Assembly (NCBI GenBank): GCA_035569515.1
Contig: DATMMY010000274.1
Coordinates: 1-40,903 of the forward strand
Length of the DNA: 40,903 bases
Direction of reading: 5' to 3'
Source of the DNA: Candidatus Solibacter sp.
GTDB lineage: Bacteria > Acidobacteriota > Terriglobia > Terriglobales > Acidobacteriaceae
The notes under the pieces are model-generated. The model was not told the DNA's origin, made no database searches, and saw only the letters and a program-made list of their open reading frames with translations. This document shows positions 1 through 9,514 of this stretch, in pieces. The position numbers and the translations under genes are program-made. How positions within the stretch are numbered: the stretch's first letter is position 1; each line of letters opens with the position of its first letter.

Positions 1-699
1 ACTGAAGCAGTGCCATCTCATGAGATTAACTAACCCTGTGTTGGTCATTACAACTGCCTTGGGAGTACCCGTCGAGCCAGAGGTGTAGATCATATAAGCA
101 GGATTGGACGGACGCAATGGCCGTACCCGCTCCGCGTTCACCGGATTACTCGCCACCATCGCTGCTAGCTTGCTCTCTGTCTCCAGGTCGTCCAGCACTA
201 ACAGCCGGGGCAGGCTGTCAGGCAATTGGGCAATTAGCGAAGAGACCGTAACCAGGCATGCCGGCTCGGCATCCCCGATCATGAACGCCAGCCGCTCCGC
301 CGGGTAGTCCGGGTCCAAGGGCAGATACGCCGCTCCCGCCTTCAGTATCCCCAGCAAGCTTACGATCATCTCTACCGATCGCGGCAGCGCCATCGCTACG
401 ATGCTCTCCGGCCCGATTCCTTCTCTAATGAGCAAGTGCGCCAGTTGATTGGCCCGCCGGTTCAGCTCCTCGTACGTGTACTCCTCCTGCTCGTAGACCA
501 GCGCTAACACCTTCGGCGTCCGCGCCACCTGCGCCTCCACCAGTTCCGGCAGCGTGGCTTCCCGCACTGCCCGCCCGGTGTCGTTCCACCCCTCCAGCAC
601 CTGCCGCCGTTCTTCCGCCGACAGGATGTTGGAGGACGGTGAAGCAAGAACACCTACGCCTGCGGCAGATGTATCCCGAGAATTCATGTTATTGGCCAT
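1..699 (-). CDS. NRPS, 5' portion only (continues past the window start); begins directly with an adenylation domain, with no condensation domain in front
   Basis: Absent from the ORF track because it has no stop inside the window. My reverse-complement translation from ATG at 699 (in-frame ATG also at 687) is stop-free to position 1. It reads SAEERRQVLEGWNDT, YTYEELNRRANQLAHLL, LKAGAAYLPLDPDYPAERL and AYMIYTSGSTGTPKAV (adenylation cores A1-A3). Confidence 0.85.
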   Translation of the reverse strand, partial: MANNMNSRDTSAAGVGVLASPSSNILSAEERRQVLEGWNDTGRAVREATLPELVEAQVARTPKVLALVYEQEEYTYEELNRRANQLAHLLIREGIGPESIVAMALPRSVEMIVSLLGILKAGAAYLPLDPDYPAERLAFMIGDAEPACLVTVSSLIAQLPDSLPRLLVLDDLETESKLAAMVASNPVNAERVRPLRPSNPAYMIYTSGSTGTPKAVVMTNTGLVNLMRWHCFS

Positions 700-750
700 A
701 AGGAACTTCGCAGTTCGCGCACTGCTTCCAATTCATCGTCACTGGAGCTT

Positions 751-1575
751 TCATTTGGCAGCCGCCGGCTTGAGGCGGGCAAGACCGGCGAGCCGCCCCA
801 GTTCCTCAACCACACTCTTCATAAAGAGCTCCTGGCAGCTGAACGGGAAGAAGTGGTCTCCATCGAAAATTCGCAGTGTGAAAGATGCGGTTGTCTGATC
901 GCGCCACGCGGCGGATTCCACGACGCTCGCCTCAGGATCGCGCAAGGCGCCCCATACGGTGAGGGGACAGTCCAGGCAGGCCTCGTCCACATATTCATGC
1001 GTCTCGCAGATTTCGAAATCCGCTCGAATGGTCGGCATCATCAGCCGCATCAGATCCAATTCATCGGCCAGCATGTCGCGATTGCCGTTGAGAGCTAATA
1101 TTTTCAGAAGAAATTCGTCGTCGGGCAGGTCATAACGAGGCGGCCGCTCGCGTGTCAGGTGTGGCGCGTACCTGCCGGAGAGCAGCAATGCGCCCGGCAA
1201 TGGAGAGCCACGCCGGCGAAGCTCTCTCGCAAGTTCAAAACTGATCAGCGCCCCCATGCTGTGGCCGTAAAACGCGAAGGGCTTCTCCAGGTAGGGTAAT
1301 ATGACATCCGCGATACGCGGCACGAGAGAGGACAACTTTGTGAAGGGTTGTTCGCTGATGCGGGCTTCGCGCCCCGGCATCTGGATCGGCCACACTTCTA
1401 CCTCTCCAGGCAGGCGCTTCGGCCAAGTTGCAAACATCGACGCGCCCGTTCCTGCGAACGGGAAGCAAAACAAACGAAGGGTACCGTCGTGCTTGGGCCT
1501 ATTACGTCCAAGCCAGAAGTCTGGGGATGGTAGAGCGTCTCCGCTCCCGCTACCCTGCTCAATGCCCGCCAACAT
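751..1575 (-). CDS. Type II (editing) thioesterase, alpha/beta hydrolase
   Basis: Motifs FCFPFAGTGAS and the GHSMGA nucleophile elbow; about 270 aa. The ORF-track start at 1809 would overlap the MFS gene by about 200 nt, whereas the internal ATG at 1575 (MLAGIEQG) leaves a 37-nt spacer, so I prefer 1575. Confidence 0.85.
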   Translation of the reverse strand: MLAGIEQGSGSGDALPSPDFWLGRNRPKHDGTLRLFCFPFAGTGASMFATWPKRLPGEVEVWPIQMPGREARISEQPFTKLSSLVPRIADVILPYLEKPFAFYGHSMGALISFELARELRRRGSPLPGALLLSGRYAPHLTRERPPRYDLPDDEFLLKILALNGNRDMLADELDLMRLMMPTIRADFEICETHEYVDEACLDCPLTVWGALRDPEASVVESAAWRDQTTASFTLRIFDGDHFFPFSCQELFMKSVVEELGRLAGLARLKPAAAK

Positions 1576-1612
1576 GCAGATTACTCCAGGGAAATCTTTC
1601 GCTGTACGAGGC

Positions 1613-3058
1613 TCACGCCACAGGGCTGCTGGGCACAGCCTGCGCGCAACTTCGATCGCCCGTAGCGCTGGCTGGTTTGCTTTCCGATTCATCCAACGCC
1701 AGCAACTGGGGAGAATGTTGTGCACAGACGAAAGCCAGGCAGGCCACAATACCGGTAAGGACCAACAATAATGCCGCGCCCCTGTTGCTGCCGACACCGA
1801 TGACTGCACCTAAAGTCCCGCTCAGTGGCCCACCAGAAACCAGCAACGGACGAAAAATCCTATCGGTGAGAGCACCGGCCACCAGAGGCGCCAGTGGAAC
1901 GGTGGAACGCCCGATGGTCAGCCGTATGGCGAAGATGCGGCCCTGCACCTCAGCAAGCGTTCTGGTCTGCCAGATGATCTGCATGCAACCGCTCATGATA
2001 GGGACGCAAAACCAGGCAATCGCCGTCGCACTTGCGATCAACAGCACCGACGGCCGCAGGCCCATGCATATAACTGCGAGTCCAAACACCAGCCCGAGTC
2101 GCAGCATCGTCCGAATTTGTTTCTGTTTCACGCCCCACGCAACCAGCAGCAGACTTCCCAGTACAGCGCCTGCCGCTCCAAGCGCCTGCACCACTCCAAG
2201 AATAGAAGGGCTGGATAGACCGAGTACGACCGGCACAATAAGCACCTGCCCAACGGTGATTACGAAATTCGCGAATGCGCCAAATAACAGAAGAATCAGC
2301 AGCCCTGGCCTAGCAGCAAGATAAGACCAGCCAAAAGTGATATCGCTCCACCATGATCTGCCCGCTAATCGACTCGAAGCAGCCGTTACAGCGGGAACCC
2401 GCACCGCGATGAGCGTAATGACGGCTACTAGAAAAGTTGCAAAGTCTATCAGAATGATTTGACCGACTTTGAACCGTGCAATGAGGACCGCTCCCAGCAG
2501 CGGTGTGACAATCTGAACACTGGCCGCGAAAAACTGGGAAACGCCATTGACACGCCCGAGATTCTGCTTAGAAACCAACAATGGGGTCACAGCCGCATAA
2601 GCCGGCGACTGAACAGCGGCAAATGACGAAACCAATGCCATCGAAAGATACACTTCCCACATCGCCAAACGACCGAAGAGCAGCGGCAAGGCGAGGCCCA
2701 GCGTGCAGAAACCGGCGCCAAGATTGCTTATTATGAGTACCCATCGGCGATCATAGCGGTCCACAATCGCTCCCGCGACCGGCAGGATCACAATCCCTGG
2801 AAGCGACGAGGACAGAATGACGGCGCCCATTCGCGTCACCGATCCCGTGTCCTGAAAAATCCTGATGCCCAGGGCAAAGGCGGTCAGCCCCGAACCGATG
2901 AGCGAAATGGCCTGGCCAAACAACAGCACGCCCATGATTCGCCCCCCATAGGGCGCCAGTTGCTGCCGGTTTGCGTCATCACCTGCCGACGCAGGCGTGG
3001 CGGAAACGATATACCGCAGCGAAGACCACCAGCTTACAATTGCTCCTATCACACTCAT
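1613..3058 (-). CDS. MFS transporter (putative exporter of the cluster product)
   Basis: 481 aa, almost entirely hydrophobic with about 12 predicted helices. ATG at 3058. Located between the TE-terminated NRPS and the type II thioesterase. Confidence 0.8.
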   Translation of the reverse strand: MSVIGAIVSWWSSLRYIVSATPASAGDDANRQQLAPYGGRIMGVLLFGQAISLIGSGLTAFALGIRIFQDTGSVTRMGAVILSSSLPGIVILPVAGAIVDRYDRRWVLIISNLGAGFCTLGLALPLLFGRLAMWEVYLSMALVSSFAAVQSPAYAAVTPLLVSKQNLGRVNGVSQFFAASVQIVTPLLGAVLIARFKVGQIILIDFATFLVAVITLIAVRVPAVTAASSRLAGRSWWSDITFGWSYLAARPGLLILLLFGAFANFVITVGQVLIVPVVLGLSSPSILGVVQALGAAGAVLGSLLLVAWGVKQKQIRTMLRLGLVFGLAVICMGLRPSVLLIASATAIAWFCVPIMSGCMQIIWQTRTLAEVQGRIFAIRLTIGRSTVPLAPLVAGALTDRIFRPLLVSGGPLSGTLGAVIGVGSNRGAALLLVLTGIVACLAFVCAQHSPQLLALDESESKPASATGDRSCAQAVPSSPVA

Positions 3059-3254
3059 CCTTGGGTTAGGTTCCGATAGCTAGCGCAGGTTTGGACGCCC
3101 TCAAGCTTCCTCCTCAATGTGCGCCTTTCTTTGAAGTAGGGGTTGGTTGGATGCCGGTACGAACAGCGATATTCCGGCCTGCGGGGCAAGTTGGATTCTC
3201 ACGCGACTGACGCCAGCGAAACCATTCACAACAATGCCGGACATGAGGAGATAC

Positions 3255-6200
3255 CTAGACCTGAGGCACAGGGCTGGCTGCATCCATACAAGTGACGAGT
3301 TCTTGGGCCAAGCGTTCAACGTGGGGCATCTGAAGCAAAGTGGCGTGGTGACCGGAGATAAAATGCGTATCCAAAGGCTTGGTCGACAGCTTGTCCCATC
3401 CGCGCTTTGGATCCAGTACATCGACCCCGGCCTCGATCAGGGCCTTTGCGCTCTCTTGCTCCACTTCCGTTGAGCGAAAAAGCGTAATGGTGCCATCATA
3501 CTGAGTGGGCGAGTAGTCTCGAATCGCCTGGCTCCGCGCCTTGATGCCGTTCAGGAAACGCCGTACCCACCCGATATCCTGGTTCGCCTTCAGGAGATTG
3601 GCGGATTTCACCTGAGCCAGGATGTACTCAAGGCCCTTTTCCGGCGACAGACTTCTGATCAGTTCGTGCGGCAGCGCGAGTTCGACTTTTTCCATGCGCG
3701 CCCAATCACGAACGATGCCCGCGAAGGTGACGGCATCCCCCCGCTCACCAATCTGGTGGAGTGCAAACGGGGAAATACCATCGACTAGCACCAACAATCC
3801 CACCTGGCGGCCCTGGGCCCTGAGCTGCTGCGCCATTTCGAAAGCGATTACGCATCCGAAAGAGTACCCACCCAGATGGTAGGGCCCATGCGGCTGCACT
3901 GAGACCATTAATTCGACGTAAGTACTCGCCATCGACCTGATTGACTGTGCCTCGTCACCCACCTCCGAAGGATGCGCCGTACGAAAAGCATAAAACGGCT
4001 GGTCTGCCGGCATACTGCGCGCAAGGTTGGAGTAGATAGCCACCTCGCCCGAGAGAGAATGGACACAGAAGAACGGAGGTCTGGTTCCGTCCGGCTTCAG
4101 GGCCACCAGCGGCGAGTCGGACCAGTGAACATCCCCTTCGCGCAACAGGGCCGCGATTTGTTCTACCGTCGGTTTTTCAAAAAATGTCGATAGCTTGATC
4201 GTTTTGTCGAACTCCCGCCGGATGTGAGCCGTCAGCCGCTCGGCTAGGAGCGAATGGCCGCCAATTTCGAAGAAGTTATCTTTAATGCTGATCGGCCTCA
4301 CGTCGAGTACCGCTTCCCAGAGTTCAACCAGCTTCTCTTCGATAGGGTCGCGTGCCGATATTGTCTTCTGCTCACCCTTACCCTGTTCGAGGACGACAGC
4401 AGGCAGGGCTCGACGGTCCACCTTGCCGTTCGGCGTGAGAGGCAGCGCCGGTAGAACAACGAATCCGGCCGGCACCATGTATTCAGGAAGTTGCTTCTTG
4501 AGGAATTCCCGGATTTCACCGGTTCCGGCCGGATGGCCGACGTGAGTGACAAGATATGCGATCAGCCGTTTGTCGTCCGCCTGCGCCTTTTGCTCTACGA
4601 CAACAGCTTCCCGGACCGCGGGATGCCGCAAAAGCGCGGCTTCGATTTCGCCCAGTTCGATCCGGAATCCACGCAGCTTGACCTGATAGTCGAGGCGTCC
4701 GCGGAACTCGATGTGGTCGCGCCGTTCGGCGAGATAATGGCACGCATCGCCGGTCCGGTAGAGACGGCTGTTCGGTTCCCGGCTGAAGGGGTCGGGCACG
4801 AACCGTTCCGCAGTAAGATCAGGACGGTTGAGATAGCCGCGCGCAACCCCAAATCCGCCTATATACAGCTCACCCTCGACACCAATGGGCGCTGGCCCAA
4901 GATTCTGGTCGAGAACGTACATCTGCATGTTAGAGATTGGCACGCCGATTGGCACCGGTCCGGAGCGTGTTGTGCCGTCCGAGATGGTATATATCGCACA
5001 GCCGACCACAGTCTCGGTCGGTCCGTATTCATTAATGATGTTCGTTCCGTCAACCTGTGCGCGCCACAGCGAGAGCGCCTCCGCCGAAAGCGCATCCGCT
5101 CCAACCACCAGGGTGCCTGTCCGGCCTTGCAGCGCCTCCGGTGGCAACTGGCGATTGAGTAGTTCGAGGTGCGCCGGGGTAATTTTGATCAGACTGAATC
5201 CCTTTTCCTCCAGCAGCTTCTCCTTGAGCCGTTCAACACCCGGAGCTTCAGAGAGCAGTTCCACAGACTTGCCGACGACCAGCGGGGGGAATAGCCCCGT
5301 CAATGTCATGTCAAAACCAATGGGAGAATGGACCAGCGCTCCCCGGCCATTCGCGGCGCGGTAGGCATCGGCGGCCCAGCGTACATAGTTGGTGATGCCG
5401 AGATGGGTGATCATCACACCCTTCGGACGGCCGGTTGATCCCGATGTATAGATGACATACGCGAGATTCAGGGGATGCAAGGGGACCGAATGGTTCTCGG
5501 CAGGCAGCGGCGCGATCAGCGAATCCCACGAGGATTCCAGCGTAATCTCAGTAATACCGGAAATCGCCAGCGTACCGGCCAGGCGCTTTTCGGTCAGTAC
5601 GATCTTCACCCCGGCGTCGGCGGCCATAAACTGCAATCGCTCGAGTGGATACGTTGGATCCAGGGGCACATAGGCGCCACCCGACTTGAGCACACCTAAG
5701 AGCGCCACCATCATCTCCGGCGACCGATGCATAAAAACGCCTACGAGAGATTCCAGTCCGATCCCGGACGACCGTAAAAAGTTCGCCAGTTGGTTGGCGC
5801 GCTCATTCAATTCCCGGTATGTCATGCGCCGGTTGTCCTGCTTCAGGGCCGTCGCATCCGGAGTTCGCTCCATCTGCGCTTCAAACATCCGGTGGAAATA
5901 AGCGACCGGGACCTCTTCCTGCGTGGCGTTGGCTTCGGTCACACACCAGTGAAGTTCATCGCCGGTCAGGAGAGGCAACTGCGAAATTGGCTGATCGGGA
6001 TTGGCAACGATCCCACTGAGCAGGACTTGGAAATGCCCCATCATCCGGTCAATCGTCGTCGCATCAAACAGATCCGCGTTGTATAAAACAAATCCATTTA
6101 AGCCATCTTCTGTCTCTGACATCGAGATGGACAAATCGTACTTGGCAATGTTGTTCCGCTCTGCGAGTTCCGGCCATTCGACTTCGAGACCCTGAAAACC

Positions 6201-7409
6201 AACTCCTTTTCCCCGCCGATGGTGCAGTTCGAATGTCACTTGAAATAGGGGCGTATGGGCCGCTGTCCGGGCCGGTTGCAACGCTTCCACCAGTTTTTCG
6301 AATGGCAGATCCTGGTGGTCATAAGCATTCAGTGTTGACTCGCGTACTCGCCGCAGTACCTCCCTGAAGTCTGGGTCGCCGGCCAGATTTGTCCTGATCG
6401 CCAGAAGGTTCAGGAAACATCCGATCAGGTCTTCAATGTCGACCCGATACCTGCCAGCTACCGACGTGCCGACGGCAAAATCATACTGATTCGCATAGCG
6501 ACTGAGCAAGATCTTGAACGCACTCATCATCGTCATGAAGAGGCTCGCCCCGTCCTGTTCGCTCAGCGATTTCAGTCCATCCGCAACCGGTTTCGGGACC
6601 GCAATGAGGGCCCGCCCGCCGCGGAATGTCTGAACCGCGGGACGGGGGTGGTCAAATGGCAGGGCCAGCAGCGGGAGCCTATCCAGATGCTCCTTCCAAT
6701 ACGAGATTCTGCTCTCAAGCACCTTGCCGCGAAGCCGCTCTTTTTGCCAGGCGGCAAAATCGCCGTACTGGATTGTCAATTCCGGCAGTTGCGAATCGCC
6801 GCCAGAGAGGTAACCCGAATAAAGAACGCTCAATTCCCCGAATAAAATGCCCAGCGACCACCCATCTGAAACGATGTGATGCATGGCAAGAAGCAGGATG
6901 TGCTCATCATCCGCCACTCTTATCAGTTGTACCCGAAAAAGACAGTCGCGCCCGAGGTTGAATGGCCGGCGAGCGTCCTCTGCCGCCAAACGCCGCACAG
7001 AAGCATCTCGTTCGGCGGCCGGACGATCACGCAGGTCGATAAAGTTAAGATTCAGCGGTTCAAACGGGTCAACGCATTGAACCGGCTGGTCCTGGATGAT
7101 CATAATCCTGGTCCTCAGGACCTCATGTCGCTGGACGATTTCGTTCAGGCTTCGCTCGAAAGCCCCGCGATCCAACTGGCCCCGCAGACGCAAACTGCCG
7201 GCAATGATGTCCGCGGAGTCCGCCGAACGAAGCTGGTATGCGAGCCACAGCCCCTGCTGCGGAAACGAGAGTGGAAACGGCGAGCGCCGGTCCGCTCGCC
7301 GCGAGATGCGGCCTGCAGTGCTGTCGCCGTCCCGCTGTTTGAGTCTCAACTCTAGCAGGGCTCTCTGCTCTGGCGTCAGTTGCGTAATGTCAAGAGAAGT
7401 AAATGTCAT
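3255..7409 (-). CDS. NRPS3, termination module C-A-T-TE
   Basis: C domain: PLSFPQQGLWL and canonical MHHIVSDGWS. A domain: AYVIYTSGSTGRPKG, FDMTLTG, NEYGPTE, YRTGD, PNGKVDR. T domain: FFEIGGHSLL. TE domain: GGYSFGC. The ORF track extends to 7478; ATG at 7409 (MTFTSLDITQL) has a GAGG a few nt upstream and is the likelier start. Confidence 0.95.
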   Translation of the reverse strand: MTFTSLDITQLTPEQRALLELRLKQRDGDSTAGRISRRADRRSPFPLSFPQQGLWLAYQLRSADSADIIAGSLRLRGQLDRGAFERSLNEIVQRHEVLRTRIMIIQDQPVQCVDPFEPLNLNFIDLRDRPAAERDASVRRLAAEDARRPFNLGRDCLFRVQLIRVADDEHILLLAMHHIVSDGWSLGILFGELSVLYSGYLSGGDSQLPELTIQYGDFAAWQKERLRGKVLESRISYWKEHLDRLPLLALPFDHPRPAVQTFRGGRALIAVPKPVADGLKSLSEQDGASLFMTMMSAFKILLSRYANQYDFAVGTSVAGRYRVDIEDLIGCFLNLLAIRTNLAGDPDFREVLRRVRESTLNAYDHQDLPFEKLVEALQPARTAAHTPLFQVTFELHHRRGKGVGFQGLEVEWPELAERNNIAKYDLSISMSETEDGLNGFVLYNADLFDATTIDRMMGHFQVLLSGIVANPDQPISQLPLLTGDELHWCVTEANATQEEVPVAYFHRMFEAQMERTPDATALKQDNRRMTYRELNERANQLANFLRSSGIGLESLVGVFMHRSPEMMVALLGVLKSGGAYVPLDPTYPLERLQFMAADAGVKIVLTEKRLAGTLAISGITEITLESSWDSLIAPLPAENHSVPLHPLNLAYVIYTSGSTGRPKGVMITHLGITNYVRWAADAYRAANGRGALVHSPIGFDMTLTGLFPPLVVGKSVELLSEAPGVERLKEKLLEEKGFSLIKITPAHLELLNRQLPPEALQGRTGTLVVGADALSAEALSLWRAQVDGTNIINEYGPTETVVGCAIYTISDGTTRSGPVPIGVPISNMQMYVLDQNLGPAPIGVEGELYIGGFGVARGYLNRPDLTAERFVPDPFSREPNSRLYRTGDACHYLAERRDHIEFRGRLDYQVKLRGFRIELGEIEAALLRHPAVREAVVVEQKAQADDKRLIAYLVTHVGHPAGTGEIREFLKKQLPEYMVPAGFVVLPALPLTPNGKVDRRALPAVVLEQGKGEQKTISARDPIEEKLVELWEAVLDVRPISIKDNFFEIGGHSLLAERLTAHIRREFDKTIKLSTFFEKPTVEQIAALLREGDVHWSDSPLVALKPDGTRPPFFCVHSLSGEVAIYSNLARSMPADQPFYAFRTAHPSEVGDEAQSIRSMASTYVELMVSVQPHGPYHLGGYSFGCVIAFEMAQQLRAQGRQVGLLVLVDGISPFALHQIGERGDAVTFAGIVRDWARMEKVELALPHELIRSLSPEKGLEYILAQVKSANLLKANQDIGWVRRFLNGIKARSQAIRDYSPTQYDGTITLFRSTEVEQESAKALIEAGVDVLDPKRGWDKLSTKPLDTHFISGHHATLLQMPHVERLAQELVTCMDAASPVPQV

Positions 7410-7484
7410 CGGGGCCTCTGTTTCAATGTCGCTTCCGATTTTCCTGGTCCACCGGGAAATGCAAAGACATTTCGGCACCGCCTG

Positions 7485-9407
7485 TCATGCCGAAGCAGCT
7501 TGAACAACGGACATAGAATGGCCCAGCGCACCCCAGTTGGGAACGATTTCCTGAATACGCAAAATCAAGGAGTGGCAGGCGCTGGCGTTATGCCATAAAC
7601 TTTGCGTCTTCATGTAGGGATACTGCCGCCGCCGATGGTCGACCGAATAGCTCATTGATCCTTCCGGCTGGTCGTGGAAAACATATTGCCTGCATAGTGA
7701 GGCCAATTCCTCAGGCACGTCGATGGAATAGCCGCGGTCGCCGTTCATCTCAATTCGCAGGCCGCATGAGGATGGCACGGGGACGTTCAGAGGCGTGGAG
7801 CCATATACATGCGGCTTCATGACATGGTCGAGCTCAAACAGGCATCTCGCCCCGGTATCGCTCCACCATGAACGCGAGGAGACAAACTTCCGCAACAACT
7901 CATTGCAGTCCTGGCGGTGCTCGTACAGGATCAGGTGGGTCGCTTTCCCGTAATTCACAAAGTCGTAAAAATTGTTGGTCTCGATTGAGTCTTCAACGAA
8001 TTTCACGTAGGCCGAATCTTTAGCGCCCTTGCAGAATTCCACGAAGTCGGTAAGCAGCGTCTTATAGCTGCACAAGCCGGTCCCATGCAGATAATTTGAC
8101 AGAAAATAGAGCGCCCGGGTGTTGCGAAGCATATGCAGGGCATAGAAATAGCGCATGCCGTCTCTGAATTCGGCCTCGCTCGCAGTCGCTGTAGCCACAA
8201 CAATTTCCGCCTCGCCCCACGGGTCCTCCGCTGCCCGGGTCACAAAACCAAAACTTTCCCGTCTCTTGAACAAGTCTGTGTTGTGCAGTAGGAGGTGCGG
8301 GTAGACAATAATCGTCGCCGCGCCGGCTTCATAGAGATTGGCGATTCCCTGTTGCAGCGAGTCCAGCGTCTCCCCCGGCAAGGGCCAGATCAGCTCAATG
8401 TACGAACTGATCTTGAGTTCATTCACCCGCTGTTGAATATTGGCGTACGCCGAGCTCTTGATGTTCTGCCGGTTGATCATCTCAAGGCTCTCCGGACTGG
8501 TGGTCTGCAGCGATACAGGTTGGGTAATCATCAAATCCGCGTCCCTCAGGAGTTGGGTGATTTCCATTACTTGAGACGGGTTGTTCTTGGCGCTCGAGTA
8601 ATAAATCATGCGTGGCGTTTCGTACTTGTTCTTGTTTTCGACAATGTGTTTGGTCAGCTCCACATCGCGCTTGAGCATTCCCCAGTTGGCGTCGGCAATG
8701 TACATGAATTGAACTTTTGCTTTGCTGATCCACGTCAATTCTTCGCGTATGCGGGATTCTTCGAACTTGAAGACCCGGTCATTGGTGGCAGCCCCCCAGA
8801 AACAGAATCCGCACCTGAAGGGGCATCCCCGGTTCGTTTCGATCACGGCCGAGCTGTACTCGCCATAATCAAAGAGACCTGACAGATAAGGGGATGGCAC
8901 AGCATCGAGATCGTGCAGGCGGTCGGCTGGCAGAGTCGTAACCAGTTCCTGATCTCGGTAAAAACTCAGCCCTTTGACCGTCGAAAGGTCATGGCGCGTG
9001 TCCGTCATCGCCCGCAGGTAATCTGCGAATGTCTGTTCGCCTTCTCCGTTGCAGACGGCGGCATTTTCGAATTGCGGATTCAGATATCGATCTGCCTGCC
9101 GCATCACCTGAGGGCCGCCCAGCAGATAATGGGAGTCAGGCTGCGCCTTCTGCAGCGCGCTGACGATCGATTTGATTAGCGCGGCGTTCCAGACATAGCA
9201 ACTGAAGGCGTAAATGTCGCTTGGATTTCGCGTCAGATATCCCAGGAGCCGGGTCGAGGCGTCCTGCGGCGTCATTGAAAGTTTCTCAAAGACGAAGCTG
9301 TTGTCCAGATGAGTATCCAGGCGCGCGAAAGCCTCGAGATAGCCGGCTACGAGTGGAACCATTCTCTCGAACATGGCGAGCTCGACAATTGTTACCTTTT
9401 TACGCAT
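7485..9407 (-). CDS. Cobalamin (B12)-binding radical SAM enzyme, 640 aa, with a long C-terminal extension
   Basis: The N-terminal region (DIYAFSCYVWN, LLGGPQV) resembles a B12-binding domain. The radical SAM cluster motif CPFRCGFC is at aa 195-202. ATG at 9407 is preceded by GAGAGGGG. About 250 aa after the radical SAM core have no motif I recognise (possibly DUF4080-like; untested). Confidence 0.9.
   Translation of the reverse strand: MRKKVTIVELAMFERMVPLVAGYLEAFARLDTHLDNSFVFEKLSMTPQDASTRLLGYLTRNPSDIYAFSCYVWNAALIKSIVSALQKAQPDSHYLLGGPQVMRQADRYLNPQFENAAVCNGEGEQTFADYLRAMTDTRHDLSTVKGLSFYRDQELVTTLPADRLHDLDAVPSPYLSGLFDYGEYSSAVIETNRGCPFRCGFCFWGAATNDRVFKFEESRIREELTWISKAKVQFMYIADANWGMLKRDVELTKHIVENKNKYETPRMIYYSSAKNNPSQVMEITQLLRDADLMITQPVSLQTTSPESLEMINRQNIKSSAYANIQQRVNELKISSYIELIWPLPGETLDSLQQGIANLYEAGAATIIVYPHLLLHNTDLFKRRESFGFVTRAAEDPWGEAEIVVATATASEAEFRDGMRYFYALHMLRNTRALYFLSNYLHGTGLCSYKTLLTDFVEFCKGAKDSAYVKFVEDSIETNNFYDFVNYGKATHLILYEHRQDCNELLRKFVSSRSWWSDTGARCLFELDHVMKPHVYGSTPLNVPVPSSCGLRIEMNGDRGYSIDVPEELASLCRQYVFHDQPEGSMSYSVDHRRRQYPYMKTQSLWHNASACHSLILRIQEIVPNWGALGHSMSVVQAASA
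8802..8825 (-). other. CxxxCxxC radical SAM [4Fe-4S] motif of the 640-aa enzyme
   Basis: The reverse complement reads TGC CCC TTC AGG TGC GGA TTC TGT, which is C P F R C G F C. Confidence 0.9.
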
Positions 9408-9514
9408 GACATCCCCTCTCGGGCTTCACGCCCTGGCACGACCGTCTGTTTCTGGAAGCTCCTGTACCAGAAACGGAAGAAAAATTACTACCCTTGAAAA
9501 GTTCATTCAATTTG

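Noticed and set aside
1576-1809. Long 5' extensions of ORF-track entries: 751-1809, 3255-7478, 18076-22185, 31695-33311, 33155-35629 and 38082-39437.
   Set aside because: The extensions overlap the preceding gene or add non-homologous leaders. Internal starts with better spacing, ribosome-binding sites or stop-start coupling exist at 1575, 7409, 22134, 31863, 33308 and 38214.
3059-3254. ORFs 3101-3421 (minus) and 3147-3473 (plus) spanning the 196-nt spacer between NRPS3 and the MFS gene.
   Set aside because: Both run into the TE-domain coding region in the wrong frame or strand and have no motifs. The spacer more likely holds an internal promoter or processing site, but I could not identify convincing -35/-10 elements or a terminator.
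9448-9474. Inverted repeat GTTTCTGG-N11-CCAGAAAC between the methyltransferase and radical SAM genes. I considered it as a terminator.
   Set aside because: The stem is only 8 bp with an 11-nt loop, and no U-tract follows on either strand. It lies within a co-directional operon, so it is at most a minor RNA-stability element.
9426-9506. 26-codon minus-strand ORF (MNFSRVVIFLPFLVQELPETDGRARA) in the spacer just upstream of the 640-aa radical SAM gene. I considered it as a possible RiPP-style precursor peptide.
   Set aside because: It has no Shine-Dalgarno sequence, and its ATG sits 8 nt after the methyltransferase stop. It has no Cys/Ser/Thr-rich core, it overlaps an 8-bp hairpin, and the surrounding logic is clearly NRPS-based. 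It could only be revived by ribosome profiling or conservation data.
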